From Bacteroidales bacterium (GTDB lineage Bacteria > Bacteroidota > Bacteroidia > Bacteroidales > UBA7960), in the NCBI GenBank assembly GCA_041690235.1, contig JAWLHS010000002.1, positions 1-60,924 of the forward strand: a stretch of 60,924 nucleotides of DNA, read 5' to 3'. Shown piece after piece: positions 26,560-35,891 of this stretch. The position numbers and the translations under genes were made by a program. Numbering within the stretch: the first letter of the stretch is position 1; each line of letters begins with the position of its first letter. The notes under the pieces were generated by a model, which was not told the origin of the DNA, made no database searches, and saw only the letters and a program-made list of their open reading frames with translations.

Positions 26560-28101
26560 TCAGGCTCCTTTGCTTTTGGGTCTTAGGTCAATGCGCTCAC
26601 GCACCACGCTGGCAATATTTTCAATGGGAATGCGATCCTGATGCATGCTGTCGCGTTCGCGAATGGTTACGGTCCCCTCCTCCAGGGTTTCGTGGTCTAT
26701 GGTAATGCAATAGGGCGTTCCAATGGCATCTTGCCTGCGGTAACGCCTGCCGATGGCATCTTTCTCCTCGTATTGACAATTAAAATCGTATTTAAGCCGG
26801 TCAAATATCTCCCTGGCTTTTTCCGGCATTCCATCCTTCTTGATCAACGGAAGTACGGCGATCTTTATTGGAGCCAGGGCAGGAGGGATCTGCATGACAA
26901 CGCGTTCCGATCCGTCTTCCAGGGTTTCTTCCTTATACGCCTGACTCACGATGGCCAAAAACATCCGGTCGAGGCCAATGGAGGTTTCCACCACATAAGG
27001 TACGTAGCTTTCATTGGTTTCCGGGTCAAAATACTGTAGTTTTTTCCCGGAAAATTCCTGGTGTGCCGTCAGGTCAAAATCGGTGCGCGAATGAATTCCC
27101 TCCAGTTCCTTGAATCCAAAGGGAAACTCAAACTCTATGTCCGAAGCGGCATTGGCGTAATGGGCCAGTTTTTCATGATCGTGCAGGCGAAACCTTTCCG
27201 GCGGAAAACCCAGGGCCAGATGCCATCGCATTCGCTCTTCCTTCCAATAACTGAACCATTCTTTCTCCTGTCCGGGCCTCACGAAAAACTGCATCTCCAT
27301 TTGCTCAAATTCACGCATTCTGAAAATGAACTGCCTGGCAACGATTTCATTGCGGAAGGCCTTGCCGATCTGTGCAATCCCGAAAGGCAACTTAAGCCTT
27401 CCGGTTTTCTGGACATTCAGGTAATTGACAAAAATCCCCTGGGCGGTTTCCGGGCGCAGGTAAACCTGGTTGGTGTCTTCGCTCAATGAGCCCATCCGGG
27501 TACTGAACATCAGGTTAAACTGCCTGACATCCGTCCAGTTCCGCGAGCCAGAAACCGGACAAGCAATGCCCAGTTCCTCAATCAGGGCCTTGATGTCGGC
27601 CAGACGGTTTTCTTCCAGGGCAGAAACAAAACGCCTGGTTATGGCTTCGATCTTTTCTTTATTTGCCAGTACCCTGGGGTTGGTTTCGCGAAACATCGTT
27701 TCATCAAAGTCCACCCCGAATCGCCTGGCGGCTTTTTCCACTTCTTTTTCGATCTTTTCGCCCAGCCGGGCCAGGTGGTCTTCGATCAGCACATCGGCCC
27801 GGTACCTCTTTTTTGAGTCCTTGTTGTCAATCAGGGGGTCGTTAAAAGCATCTACGTGTCCAGAGGCTTTCCATACAGCAGGATGCATAAAAATGGCCGT
27901 ATCCAATCCGACAATATGCTCATGATACTGCACCATTGACTTCCACCAATAGTCCTTGATGTTGTTTTTCAATTCGGCGCCGTTCTGCCCGTAGTCGTAT
28001 ACAGCACTCAGCCCATCATATATCTCACTCGAAGGAAAAATAAAGCCGTATTCCTTGCAGTGTGATATGATTTTTTTAAAAAGATCTTCTCCTTTTATCA
28101 T
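26560..28101 (-). CDS. glyQS: Glycine--tRNA ligase (dimeric class II type)
   Basis: N-terminal CKEYGFIFPSSEIYDGLSAVYDYGQNGAELKNNI, FRNEI, and a C-terminal anticodon-binding domain. Length is 513 aa. Confidence 0.93.
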   Translation of the reverse strand: MIKGEDLFKKIISHCKEYGFIFPSSEIYDGLSAVYDYGQNGAELKNNIKDYWWKSMVQYHEHIVGLDTAIFMHPAVWKASGHVDAFNDPLIDNKDSKKRYRADVLIEDHLARLGEKIEKEVEKAARRFGVDFDETMFRETNPRVLANKEKIEAITRRFVSALEENRLADIKALIEELGIACPVSGSRNWTDVRQFNLMFSTRMGSLSEDTNQVYLRPETAQGIFVNYLNVQKTGRLKLPFGIAQIGKAFRNEIVARQFIFRMREFEQMEMQFFVRPGQEKEWFSYWKEERMRWHLALGFPPERFRLHDHEKLAHYANAASDIEFEFPFGFKELEGIHSRTDFDLTAHQEFSGKKLQYFDPETNESYVPYVVETSIGLDRMFLAIVSQAYKEETLEDGSERVVMQIPPALAPIKIAVLPLIKKDGMPEKAREIFDRLKYDFNCQYEEKDAIGRRYRRQDAIGTPYCITIDHETLEEGTVTIRERDSMHQDRIPIENIASVVRERIDLRPKSKGA

Positions 28102-28110
28102 TGAAATAAA

Positions 28111-29049
28111 TCAGGTATTAACAATTACTTGAATGCTTTTCGGAACAATCTGGAATTCGAAGGGGGAATGGCCCAGTGACTCCCCGTCTGTTTCAAGGAG
28201 AACCGGAATGTCAGATTCAATGCGGATAAACTTTCCAACAAAAGTTTCAACCCGTTTGTGCTGGCCGATGGTGCCATTGTATAACCTTCTGAGGCTTTTG
28301 ATAACGGACCATTTTTTCATGTCTTTGATCAGGGTCACATCAAACAAGCCGTCGTCTGGAAGTGCGTCCGGTGTCTGCCGCATGCCGCCCCCATTGTATT
28401 GGCCGATCCCGATCCCAATGCTGAAAATTTTGTCAGTGATCACAACATCGTCTACGGTGACTTTGATTTGTGAAGATTTGTATGAAAACAAGGACGAAAT
28501 CAGGTTTTTTATATAGACAAAAGGATTGCTATGCCCCAGGTCCTTGTCTTGATTGGTTTTCTGTGCCACCAGACCATCAAATCCCAGGCCCGCCATGTTG
28601 ATGAAAAACCGTGTCTTTTCACAATGGGTGTTTTGATATTTAACGATCCCGGCATCCTGAACCAGGGTTGACCCCTGGTGGATGATTCGGATGGCTTCAG
28701 CGTACTCTGTAGGAATGTTAAATGTTCTTCCCCAGTCATTTCCTGTGCCGACAGAAATCATTCCAAGGATGATCTCAGCTGTAGGAACAGACTTTTGCTT
28801 GAAAATGCCATTGACCACCTCATTCATGGTGCCGTCTCCCCCCACGACAATTATTTTCCGGAATCCCCTTTGAATAAATTCTACGGTTAATTTCATGGCG
28901 TGCAGGCGCCTTTCAGTGAAAACGGGGTGGTAATCGAGTCCGTTTTTGTCGAGGAGGCCGGAGATCTTGTTCCAGTCTCTTTCGCCTTTTCTTGTTCCGG
29001 CATTGGGGTTTACCACTACCAACCAGCGGGCTTCAGCTAATTCTTCCAT
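28111..29049 (-). CDS. Diacylglycerol kinase-family lipid kinase (YegS/BmrU-like)
   Basis: VVVNPNAGTRKG and IIVVGGDGTMNEVVNG motifs of the DAGK catalytic domain. The ORF track extends to 29109, but the start at 29049 (MEELAEARWLVVV) is more plausible. Confidence 0.85.
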   Translation of the reverse strand: MEELAEARWLVVVNPNAGTRKGERDWNKISGLLDKNGLDYHPVFTERRLHAMKLTVEFIQRGFRKIIVVGGDGTMNEVVNGIFKQKSVPTAEIILGMISVGTGNDWGRTFNIPTEYAEAIRIIHQGSTLVQDAGIVKYQNTHCEKTRFFINMAGLGFDGLVAQKTNQDKDLGHSNPFVYIKNLISSLFSYKSSQIKVTVDDVVITDKIFSIGIGIGQYNGGGMRQTPDALPDDGLFDVTLIKDMKKWSVIKSLRRLYNGTIGQHKRVETFVGKFIRIESDIPVLLETDGESLGHSPFEFQIVPKSIQVIVNT

Positions 29050-29206
29050 TTTATTTGATCTCAGTGACGCCAGAACAAAACCAGGTGGTTTTGTTTTTGC
29101 AGAGTGCAAAAATAAGAAAAATCCATCAACCTGATAAACAAGCGTTTTTAAACTGATGGAAGGATTCCTTTATGTCTCAGCCGGCAAAGCAAGTCATGGA
29201 CAAAAT

Positions 29207-30199
29207 CTAAACAACAAATCCTCTTTCCATGAGCAGCTTTGCGATTTGCACGGCGTTGGTCGCCGCTCCTTTTCTCAGGTTGTCGGAAACAATCCAGATG
29301 TCAAGTCCTGACCGTACCGTTGTGTCGCGGCGAATACGCCCGACATAAACGGCATCTTTTCCCCTGGCGGTCAAGGGCATGGGGTATAGATTGTTTTTTG
29401 GGTCATCCTGGAGGATAATGCCGGGGGATTGTTCCAGCAAAGCCTTCAACCCGGGTAAATCATAATCGCGTTCAAATTCAATGTTTACGGCTTCACTATG
29501 GCCTCCCATTACCGGAATCCTAACCACGGTGGCAGTGAGCTGGAGGCTGTCGGTTCCAAGGATTTTCCGGGTTTCGTGAAGCAGCTTCATTTCTTCACTG
29601 GTGTACCCGTTCACAAGGAAGTCTCCCCCGTGGGGAAAACAATTCAGGTCGATCGGATGCGGATAGGCCATGCCTTGCGAAATGCCTTTCCGCTCATTCT
29701 CTAATTGTCTGACGGCATGCACCCCGGTTCCTGTCACCGACTGATAGGTAGCCATCACGATCCGCCTGACATGGTAACGAATGTGAAGCGGGGCAATGGC
29801 AACCACCAGTTGTATGGTGCTGCAGTTTGGATTGGCAATAATCCTGCGGTTCAGCGTCAGGGCGTGGGGGTTCACTTCCGGAACAACGAGGGGAACATTA
29901 TCGTTCAGGCGCCAGGCCGAAGAATTGTCAATCACAAAGGTCCCATTGGCGGCAAAAGCCTCTGCCCATTGTCTGGAAACCTCTCCCCCGGCCGAGAATA
30001 AGGCAACGGAAGGTTTGGCGTCAACTGCTTCACGGATGCTGCAAACGGGATAAGTCTTGCCGTTGAACAGGACTGGTTTCCCTATGGATCGCTCCGAGGC
30101 TGCAGGGTAAAATCCGGTTACCGGGATTTTTTGCTCTTCCAGAACTTTTATCATGACCTGACCAACCAGTCCGGTGGCCCCAATCAGTGCCAAATCCAT
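29207..30199 (-). CDS. asd: Aspartate-semialdehyde dehydrogenase
   Basis: LIGATGLVGQ NAD(P)-binding motif and active-site ANPNCSTIQL. The start is taken at 30199 (MDLALIGATG) instead of the ORF maximum at 30226. Confidence 0.92.
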   Translation of the reverse strand: MDLALIGATGLVGQVMIKVLEEQKIPVTGFYPAASERSIGKPVLFNGKTYPVCSIREAVDAKPSVALFSAGGEVSRQWAEAFAANGTFVIDNSSAWRLNDNVPLVVPEVNPHALTLNRRIIANPNCSTIQLVVAIAPLHIRYHVRRIVMATYQSVTGTGVHAVRQLENERKGISQGMAYPHPIDLNCFPHGGDFLVNGYTSEEMKLLHETRKILGTDSLQLTATVVRIPVMGGHSEAVNIEFERDYDLPGLKALLEQSPGIILQDDPKNNLYPMPLTARGKDAVYVGRIRRDTTVRSGLDIWIVSDNLRKGAATNAVQIAKLLMERGFVV

Positions 30200-30356
30200 G
30201 GTTCTTCTTGTTTGTTTTCGTTTCATGCCATTTCTTCCCGCCTCGTTTCACCGCCAAACCGAAAAGTCCCGCAGCATGCATGGTATGCTTGAGGGGGAAG
30301 CAGTCATGCTGGTTTTCTGCAAAAATAGTATATTTAGCCGCTATAAAATTCCTGTT

Positions 30357-32966
30357 ATGCAAAAAAGGATTTCTTTCATTCTGTTGTTATTGATTCCGGG
30401 AATGGTCCGGGGCCAGTTTTCAGACAATTTTGACGACGGCGACTTTTCCTCCAATCCGGCCTGGGTTGGCGATACCGACAAGTTTGTGGTACAGGATGGT
30501 GTGCTTCGCCTGATGGATCAGGCAGCTGGCCGGGCATTTCTGGCTACCGAAAGCCGTATTATTGACAATGTCGCGTGGACGTTTTGGGTACGCCTGGCCT
30601 TTACCCCATCGAGCAATAACCACCCAAAAATTTACCTTGTCAGTGACTCCCGGGACCTTCACGGTCCGCTGAATGGTTATTATCTGCAGATTGGAAAGGA
30701 TGGGGGCGATAACAAGCGACTCTTCTTCTACCGCCAGGACGGCCTGAACTCCACCGAATTGCTAGCCGGAAGCATGAATATGGCCTCGGCCACCAACAAT
30801 ATGATACGCATCATGGTTACCCGGGATGGTTCCGGCAATTGGGCGTTCAGGGCCGATCCCCAGGGTGGACTGCTTTATTTGCCCCAAGGTTCCGTATTCG
30901 ACAATTCCCATAACACAAGCTCTTGGTTTGGGGTGTATTGCAATTATACCATCAGCAATTCCAACCGTTTTTACTTTGATGATTTTTCTGTAGGGGCCTA
31001 TGAGGCCGATACCGATCCTCCCCGTGTTGAGAACATACAGGTTGACTCACCCAATTCCTTAAAGGTTTTTTTCGACAAGGTCGTGGATGAAGTTACGGCA
31101 GAAAATACCGGAAACTATATGGTTGACCAGGGAGTTGGATCCCCCGTCATTGCCAGCCGCGACCCGCTGCAGCCCAATGGCGTAAGCCTGCTGTTTGCTC
31201 AAAATTTCACTGAAAACCGGGTATACGTACTCGAAATCAATCATGTGGAGGATTACCTTGGCAATGTCATGGAACCCCATAGCGGGGAATTTGTTTATTA
31301 TGTACCAAAGGGTTTTGATGTAGTGTTTAATGAGCTGATGGCAAACCCCACACCGCCGGTCGGTTTGCCCGCCTACGAATATATTGAGCTATACAACACC
31401 ACGGAATTTCCCGTTAATCTCGAAGGATGGGTTCTTCAGCATGGAACCACCCAGCGACAACTTCCTTTTGCGCCCATTGGGCCGGGCGGATACCTGGTGC
31501 TGGTTACCGAAACCGCATTCCCTTTTTTGCAGGAATTTGGAAACGTCGTAACTGTTCCGGGTCTGTCTCAGGTGGCATTGACCAATGCGGGAACGGATTT
31601 GATTCTCTATGATCCCGGTTGGAATGTCATTTCTTTTGTTTCTTACACAGACAGTTGGTACCAGGATCCGGCCAAAAGTAACGGTGGTTGGTCGATCGAA
31701 AAGGTGGACCCTCACAACTTTTGCCAGGGCATGGAAAACTGGAGGGCATCAACCGATCCAAGGGGAGGTACTCCGGGAGCCCCCAATGCGGTTATGGGAA
31801 GTAACCCTGATTCTTCCCGGCCTGACCTGATCAGGGCCGGGTTTGAAAACGACTCCAGCATCATTCTTTATTTCAATGAGCCCATGGGTGTGTCCTCCCT
31901 GTCCTCTGTGTCAAACTATATGGTTGATCAGGGTATCGGGCAGCCGGTTTCAGCCATCCCTTTGCTGCCCGACTTTTCACGGGTGATTCTTGGACTGGCT
32001 CAACCCCTTCAGCCAGGGGTGATATACCAGGTCGGACTTCAGGAGGGAATGCTTGATTGTGCCGGGAATCCCATTGGCAGCAGAACATGCCGGGTGGCGG
32101 TGCCTGACCTGGCCGGGGCGTTCGATGTGGTGATCAATGAGGTGTTATTCAATCCGCCCGACCGTGGTTCCAGATATATTGAAATATATAATCGCTCAGA
32201 GAAGGTGTTCGACCTGAGAAACCACCTGATCGCCTCACGGGATACGGTGGCGGGTTACCTGAATACCATACAGGAGATTACGGAAACATCCTTTTTGTTT
32301 TTTCCGGGCGACTATGTGGTGTTGACAAGCAGTCCGACGGACGTGCAGGCCACCTTCATGACCCCCAATCCCCATGGATTTATCCGAACACCCGGGATGC
32401 CGAGGATGACAAACGCCAACGGCATCCTGGTCTTTGCATCAAAAGGCCTTGATATCATTGATATGTTAATTTATGAGGAGGATATGCATCTTCCTTTACT
32501 AACCAGTTTTAAGGGTGTCGCATTGGAGCGCATGAATCCCAATTTGCCAACACAGAACCGGTCGAATTGGCATTCAGCGGCACAGTCCGTGGGTTATGGA
32601 ACACCTGGATACCGAAACTCCCAGTTTTCCCCGGATCTTACCGCCGGGGTGGGGAGCATGGTCGTTCAACCGGAGGTCTTTTCACCCGACGGGGACGGGC
32701 AAGAGGATTTGCTGAATATTGTATACGCATTTGATCATCCCGGTTTTGTGGCCAATGTGCGTATTTTTGACAGCCGGGGACGACTCATCAGGTTGCTTTC
32801 ATCCGGGGAGCTGTTGGCTACATCGGGAGTCATTACCTGGGACGGGAGCACAGATAACGGACTGAAAGCCCCTGTCGGGATTTATATCATTCACATGGAA
32901 GTGTTTGATCAGGATGGCCAGGTCAGACATTTTCGGGAAACGGCTGTTCTGGGGGGACGTTTGTGA
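30357..32966 (+). CDS. Secreted lamin-tail-domain (LTD) protein with an internally duplicated Ig-like+LTD unit and a FlgD-Ig/T9SS-CTD-like C-terminus
   Basis: Signal peptide MQKRISFILLLLIPGMVRGQ at the ATG at 30357. Two LTD-type motifs are present (VVFNELMANPTP..YEYIELYN and VVINEVLFNPPDRGSRYIEIYN). The C-terminus reads FSPDGDGQEDLL...VRIFDSRGRLIRLL...WDGSTDNG..GIYIIHM. Confidence 0.75.
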   Translation: MQKRISFILLLLIPGMVRGQFSDNFDDGDFSSNPAWVGDTDKFVVQDGVLRLMDQAAGRAFLATESRIIDNVAWTFWVRLAFTPSSNNHPKIYLVSDSRDLHGPLNGYYLQIGKDGGDNKRLFFYRQDGLNSTELLAGSMNMASATNNMIRIMVTRDGSGNWAFRADPQGGLLYLPQGSVFDNSHNTSSWFGVYCNYTISNSNRFYFDDFSVGAYEADTDPPRVENIQVDSPNSLKVFFDKVVDEVTAENTGNYMVDQGVGSPVIASRDPLQPNGVSLLFAQNFTENRVYVLEINHVEDYLGNVMEPHSGEFVYYVPKGFDVVFNELMANPTPPVGLPAYEYIELYNTTEFPVNLEGWVLQHGTTQRQLPFAPIGPGGYLVLVTETAFPFLQEFGNVVTVPGLSQVALTNAGTDLILYDPGWNVISFVSYTDSWYQDPAKSNGGWSIEKVDPHNFCQGMENWRASTDPRGGTPGAPNAVMGSNPDSSRPDLIRAGFENDSSIILYFNEPMGVSSLSSVSNYMVDQGIGQPVSAIPLLPDFSRVILGLAQPLQPGVIYQVGLQEGMLDCAGNPIGSRTCRVAVPDLAGAFDVVINEVLFNPPDRGSRYIEIYNRSEKVFDLRNHLIASRDTVAGYLNTIQEITETSFLFFPGDYVVLTSSPTDVQATFMTPNPHGFIRTPGMPRMTNANGILVFASKGLDIIDMLIYEEDMHLPLLTSFKGVALERMNPNLPTQNRSNWHSAAQSVGYGTPGYRNSQFSPDLTAGVGSMVVQPEVFSPDGDGQEDLLNIVYAFDHPGFVANVRIFDSRGRLIRLLSSGELLATSGVITWDGSTDNGLKAPVGIYIIHMEVFDQDGQVRHFRETAVLGGRL

Positions 32967-32978
32967 TCTGTCATTCCC

Positions 32979-33710
32979 TCAGGCAGTAAATCCGATGGTG
33001 GCCACCCAAACCCTGGTGTTTTTTCCGGAGAGCAGCTGTTGTGAACAGGCCTCCAGGGTGGATCCGGTGGTGAGGACATCATCTACCAACAGCAGGTTCC
33101 TTGCCCCTGACAACCCATCCTCCCTGAATTCAAAAACACCGGAAACATTTTCCCAGCGCCGGAATCGGCTCTTTCTGGTTTGGGTCTGGGTGGCGGATCG
33201 CCTGATCAATGCCTCAGTATTCAACGGGCACCCAAGAATTTCGGAAATTCCCGCTCCAAAAGCTTCACTTTGGTTAAATCCTCGTTGGCGAAGTCGCCTG
33301 GCGTGCAAGGGAACCGGGATGATGCAGTCAATTTCACGAAAGTGAGGAGATTCAAGCAACTCCCGCCCCAGAAGTCTGCCAAGATACCGACCAAGGTCTT
33401 GCCCGCCCCTGTATTTCAATTTGTGAACCAGTTCCTGTACGCCCCCGCCCTTTTGGTAATAATACAAAGCCGCTCCCCCCTCAATTCCTACACGACCCCA
33501 AAAAACCCTTGTCAGGGCATTCTCGGGCCAATGACAGAAGCCGGTCCTTGGCAGGTGAAAATCACAACAAGTGCAAAGGTGCCTCTCATCACCAACAAGA
33601 AGCTGTTTGCAGGATTCACACAAAGGTGGGAAAACCAGAGAGAAAAAATCTTTTATCCTTAACCCCAGGTTCATATCATACAAACAAATGGTTTGGGAAA
33701 AAAATTTCAC
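32979..33710 (-). CDS. ComF family protein (phosphoribosyltransferase domain)
   Basis: N-terminal Cys pairs (PPLCESC...LCTCC) and the PRTase motif LLLVDDVLTTGSTLEAC. The start may instead be the ATG at 33674. Confidence 0.85.
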   Translation of the reverse strand: MKFFSQTICLYDMNLGLRIKDFFSLVFPPLCESCKQLLVGDERHLCTCCDFHLPRTGFCHWPENALTRVFWGRVGIEGGAALYYYQKGGGVQELVHKLKYRGGQDLGRYLGRLLGRELLESPHFREIDCIIPVPLHARRLRQRGFNQSEAFGAGISEILGCPLNTEALIRRSATQTQTRKSRFRRWENVSGVFEFREDGLSGARNLLLVDDVLTTGSTLEACSQQLLSGKNTRVWVATIGFTA

Positions 33711-33930
33711 TAAATTTGCCAGAGCAAGCAGAGAAACCCGTCACGGGGCGATATTTTCCGGGCCCACGGAGGATGTTCCTGGTCAGCGCCCCGGGAACAC
33801 GTTACGGGCCGGTATTTCCGGTTTTTCCCTGCGTAAAAATAGGGTGCGTTTCTGAAAACAGCAAAACATGCCCTTGGCAGATCAATGAACGGTTCTTATA
33901 TTATAACAACTAACAGGGAGGTTTTTACAT

Positions 33931-34851
33931 ATGGAAACAAAAACACAAGGTTCTCAGCCAGGTTCAGACAATCGAAATGAAAAGATTTACCGGGGTACGA
34001 TTTTGGCCCTGGTGGTTGTTATTGCGCTGCTCACATTTTTCCTCATCACCACCCGAAAGTCCCTGAAAGAAGCCTCCAGGGTGAAGGCTTTTACCGAGGA
34101 GCTTAACATGGAATTGCAATTTGAGCTGGACTCGGTTCTGGCAGATTACAATCAGTTCAAGCTGGAGTACGACAGCATTCTGGTGGACAAAGACAGCATT
34201 ATTCAGGCCAGCGCCCAGGAGATTCGGCAATTGATCGCCCGTCAGGCCGATTACAACAGAATCCGGCGTCAGTTGAACGGCCTGAGAGAAGTCACGCAGA
34301 ACTACGTGAAGGAAATTGACAGTCTGGTGACTGTAAACCAGGTGCTTAAAGATGAAAATGTTCAAATAAAAGCAGAGATTCGCCAGGTCAGGGAACGCAC
34401 CTCCGAATTATCGCAGGATAAAGAGGAACTGGAAGGTAAGGTAGAGCTTGCCTCCGCATTGCGTGCGTACCAGATTGATGCCACTCCCATCCGAATCCGT
34501 GGAGCAGGAAGGGAAGATGAAACCGACAGGGCCAGGCGGGTTGAACAAATAAAGGTTTGTTTTGCCATTGCTGAAAATCCCATTGCCCCGCAGGGGCCCC
34601 GAAATGTGTATATGCGTGTCGCTGCCCCGGACGGAGAAATCCTCAGGATAAGTGACGAGGATGCCTATGCTTTTATTCACGAAGGCGACACACTGCAATA
34701 TTCAGTGAAGGGCGTGGTGGATTACCAGAACCAGGAAGTGGGGGATTGTTTTTACTGGCAACGGTTGGAGGAGTTTGAACCGGGAGTGTACATGATTTCA
34801 CTTTACACCGATGAGTTCAAGCTTGGAGAAACATCCGTGTCACTGCGTTAG
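33931..34851 (+). CDS. Hypothetical membrane-anchored coiled-coil protein (paralog 1)
   Basis: One N-terminal TM helix (ILALVVVIALLTFFLITT), about 150 aa of heptad-rich charged sequence, and a C-terminal beta-rich domain. GGAGG lies 9 nt upstream of the ATG. Confidence 0.7.
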   Translation: METKTQGSQPGSDNRNEKIYRGTILALVVVIALLTFFLITTRKSLKEASRVKAFTEELNMELQFELDSVLADYNQFKLEYDSILVDKDSIIQASAQEIRQLIARQADYNRIRRQLNGLREVTQNYVKEIDSLVTVNQVLKDENVQIKAEIRQVRERTSELSQDKEELEGKVELASALRAYQIDATPIRIRGAGREDETDRARRVEQIKVCFAIAENPIAPQGPRNVYMRVAAPDGEILRISDEDAYAFIHEGDTLQYSVKGVVDYQNQEVGDCFYWQRLEEFEPGVYMISLYTDEFKLGETSVSLR

Positions 34852-34937
34852 CCGGTTTTTTTGCCCCTTTCTCTGTCCCTTTGTTTGGAACGGGAGTCAA
34901 ACCACGGGCGTTGTACCCTCCCTTAAAGTCAAACCCT

Positions 34938-35885
34938 ATGGCAAACTTTACACCAGTAAGTCATAAACCGGGATCCGGCAGACCAGGCAGCAAAAGGCAG
35001 TCCTTTGTGGCCCCGGTTATATTCCTTTCCCTGCTCACCCTGTTGCTGGCGGTTTTTGTCGGACTCCTTCTGAGACAGTCTTTAAAGCAAAAGGAGTTTG
35101 TGGAGGTAACGGAAATCGAAAAAGAGGATATTACCGCTCAGAAAGACGCCCTTCTTCTTCAGCTGACGGAGCTGGAAACGGCCTATGAAAACCTGGTCAG
35201 GCTCAATGCGGATTATGAATTGGAGATTCTGGCCCAAAAGGAAGAAATTCAACACCTGCGCAGCCAGATCAGAAGGGTCGGAAGTCCGGAGGCCCTTGCC
35301 CTCTACATTGCCCGGATTGAGGAAATGAATCTGCAGTTTGAGGGCTTCCAGGAAAAGATCCACCAGCTGGAGGCAGAAAACAGGGTGTTGTCCGGTGAAA
35401 ATGTCCAGATTCGGAGTGCCCTGAGCCAGGTTTCCACAATGAGCGAGGAGTTGCAGAGAGAAAACAGGCAGATGGCTGAGCAGATCGATAGGGCAAGCAT
35501 ACTGAGTATCTCTGAAGTGCAGATTGTTCCCTTCAGGGAGACCCGCAGGGGGGAGCGTGAAACCTTGCGTGCACGCCGGGCTGAAAAACTACGCATTTGT
35601 TTGACGATTCCAAAAAATTTGCTCGCACCTGCCGGAGACCACGAATTCTTTTTCCAGATTACCGGCCCGGACAACCAGGTGTTGGAAAATGAATTACTGG
35701 GGAATTTTGAATTTTCCGGACAACAAATAAAAATATCACACAAAGAAAATTTAAATTATCAAAATGTGGAAACCACGGCCTGCATTGTTTTCGATTTCCC
35801 TGCGGGCTTTGAAAAAGGAGGGCACCAGCTCCGGATATTTTCGGACCGACAAGAGCTTTGGCGTGGCCTCTTTGAATTAAATTAA
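34938..35885 (+). CDS. Hypothetical membrane-anchored coiled-coil protein (paralog 2)
   Basis: Same architecture as the upstream gene, with alignable segments (ENVQIRSALSQV.. vs ENVQIKAEIRQV..; RARRAEKLRICLTIPKNLLAPAG vs RARRVEQIKVCFAIAENPIAPQG). The start is placed at the first ATG; the ORF track begins at a TTG at 34881. Confidence 0.7.
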   Translation: MANFTPVSHKPGSGRPGSKRQSFVAPVIFLSLLTLLLAVFVGLLLRQSLKQKEFVEVTEIEKEDITAQKDALLLQLTELETAYENLVRLNADYELEILAQKEEIQHLRSQIRRVGSPEALALYIARIEEMNLQFEGFQEKIHQLEAENRVLSGENVQIRSALSQVSTMSEELQRENRQMAEQIDRASILSISEVQIVPFRETRRGERETLRARRAEKLRICLTIPKNLLAPAGDHEFFFQITGPDNQVLENELLGNFEFSGQQIKISHKENLNYQNVETTACIVFDFPAGFEKGGHQLRIFSDRQELWRGLFELN

Positions 35886-35891
35886 TGCCAG

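Noticed and set aside
30174-30356. N-terminal 61 codons of ORF 30174..32966, which overlap the asd gene
   Set aside because: The extension overlaps asd on the opposite strand and lacks signal-peptide character. The internal ATG at 30357 gives a textbook signal peptide (MQKRISFILLLLIPGMVRGQ). Analogous over-long ORF starts were trimmed for asd (30226), the lipid kinase (29109), rbfA (45965), class I fumarase (45916), fumC (47644) and the arginase-fold gene (56455).
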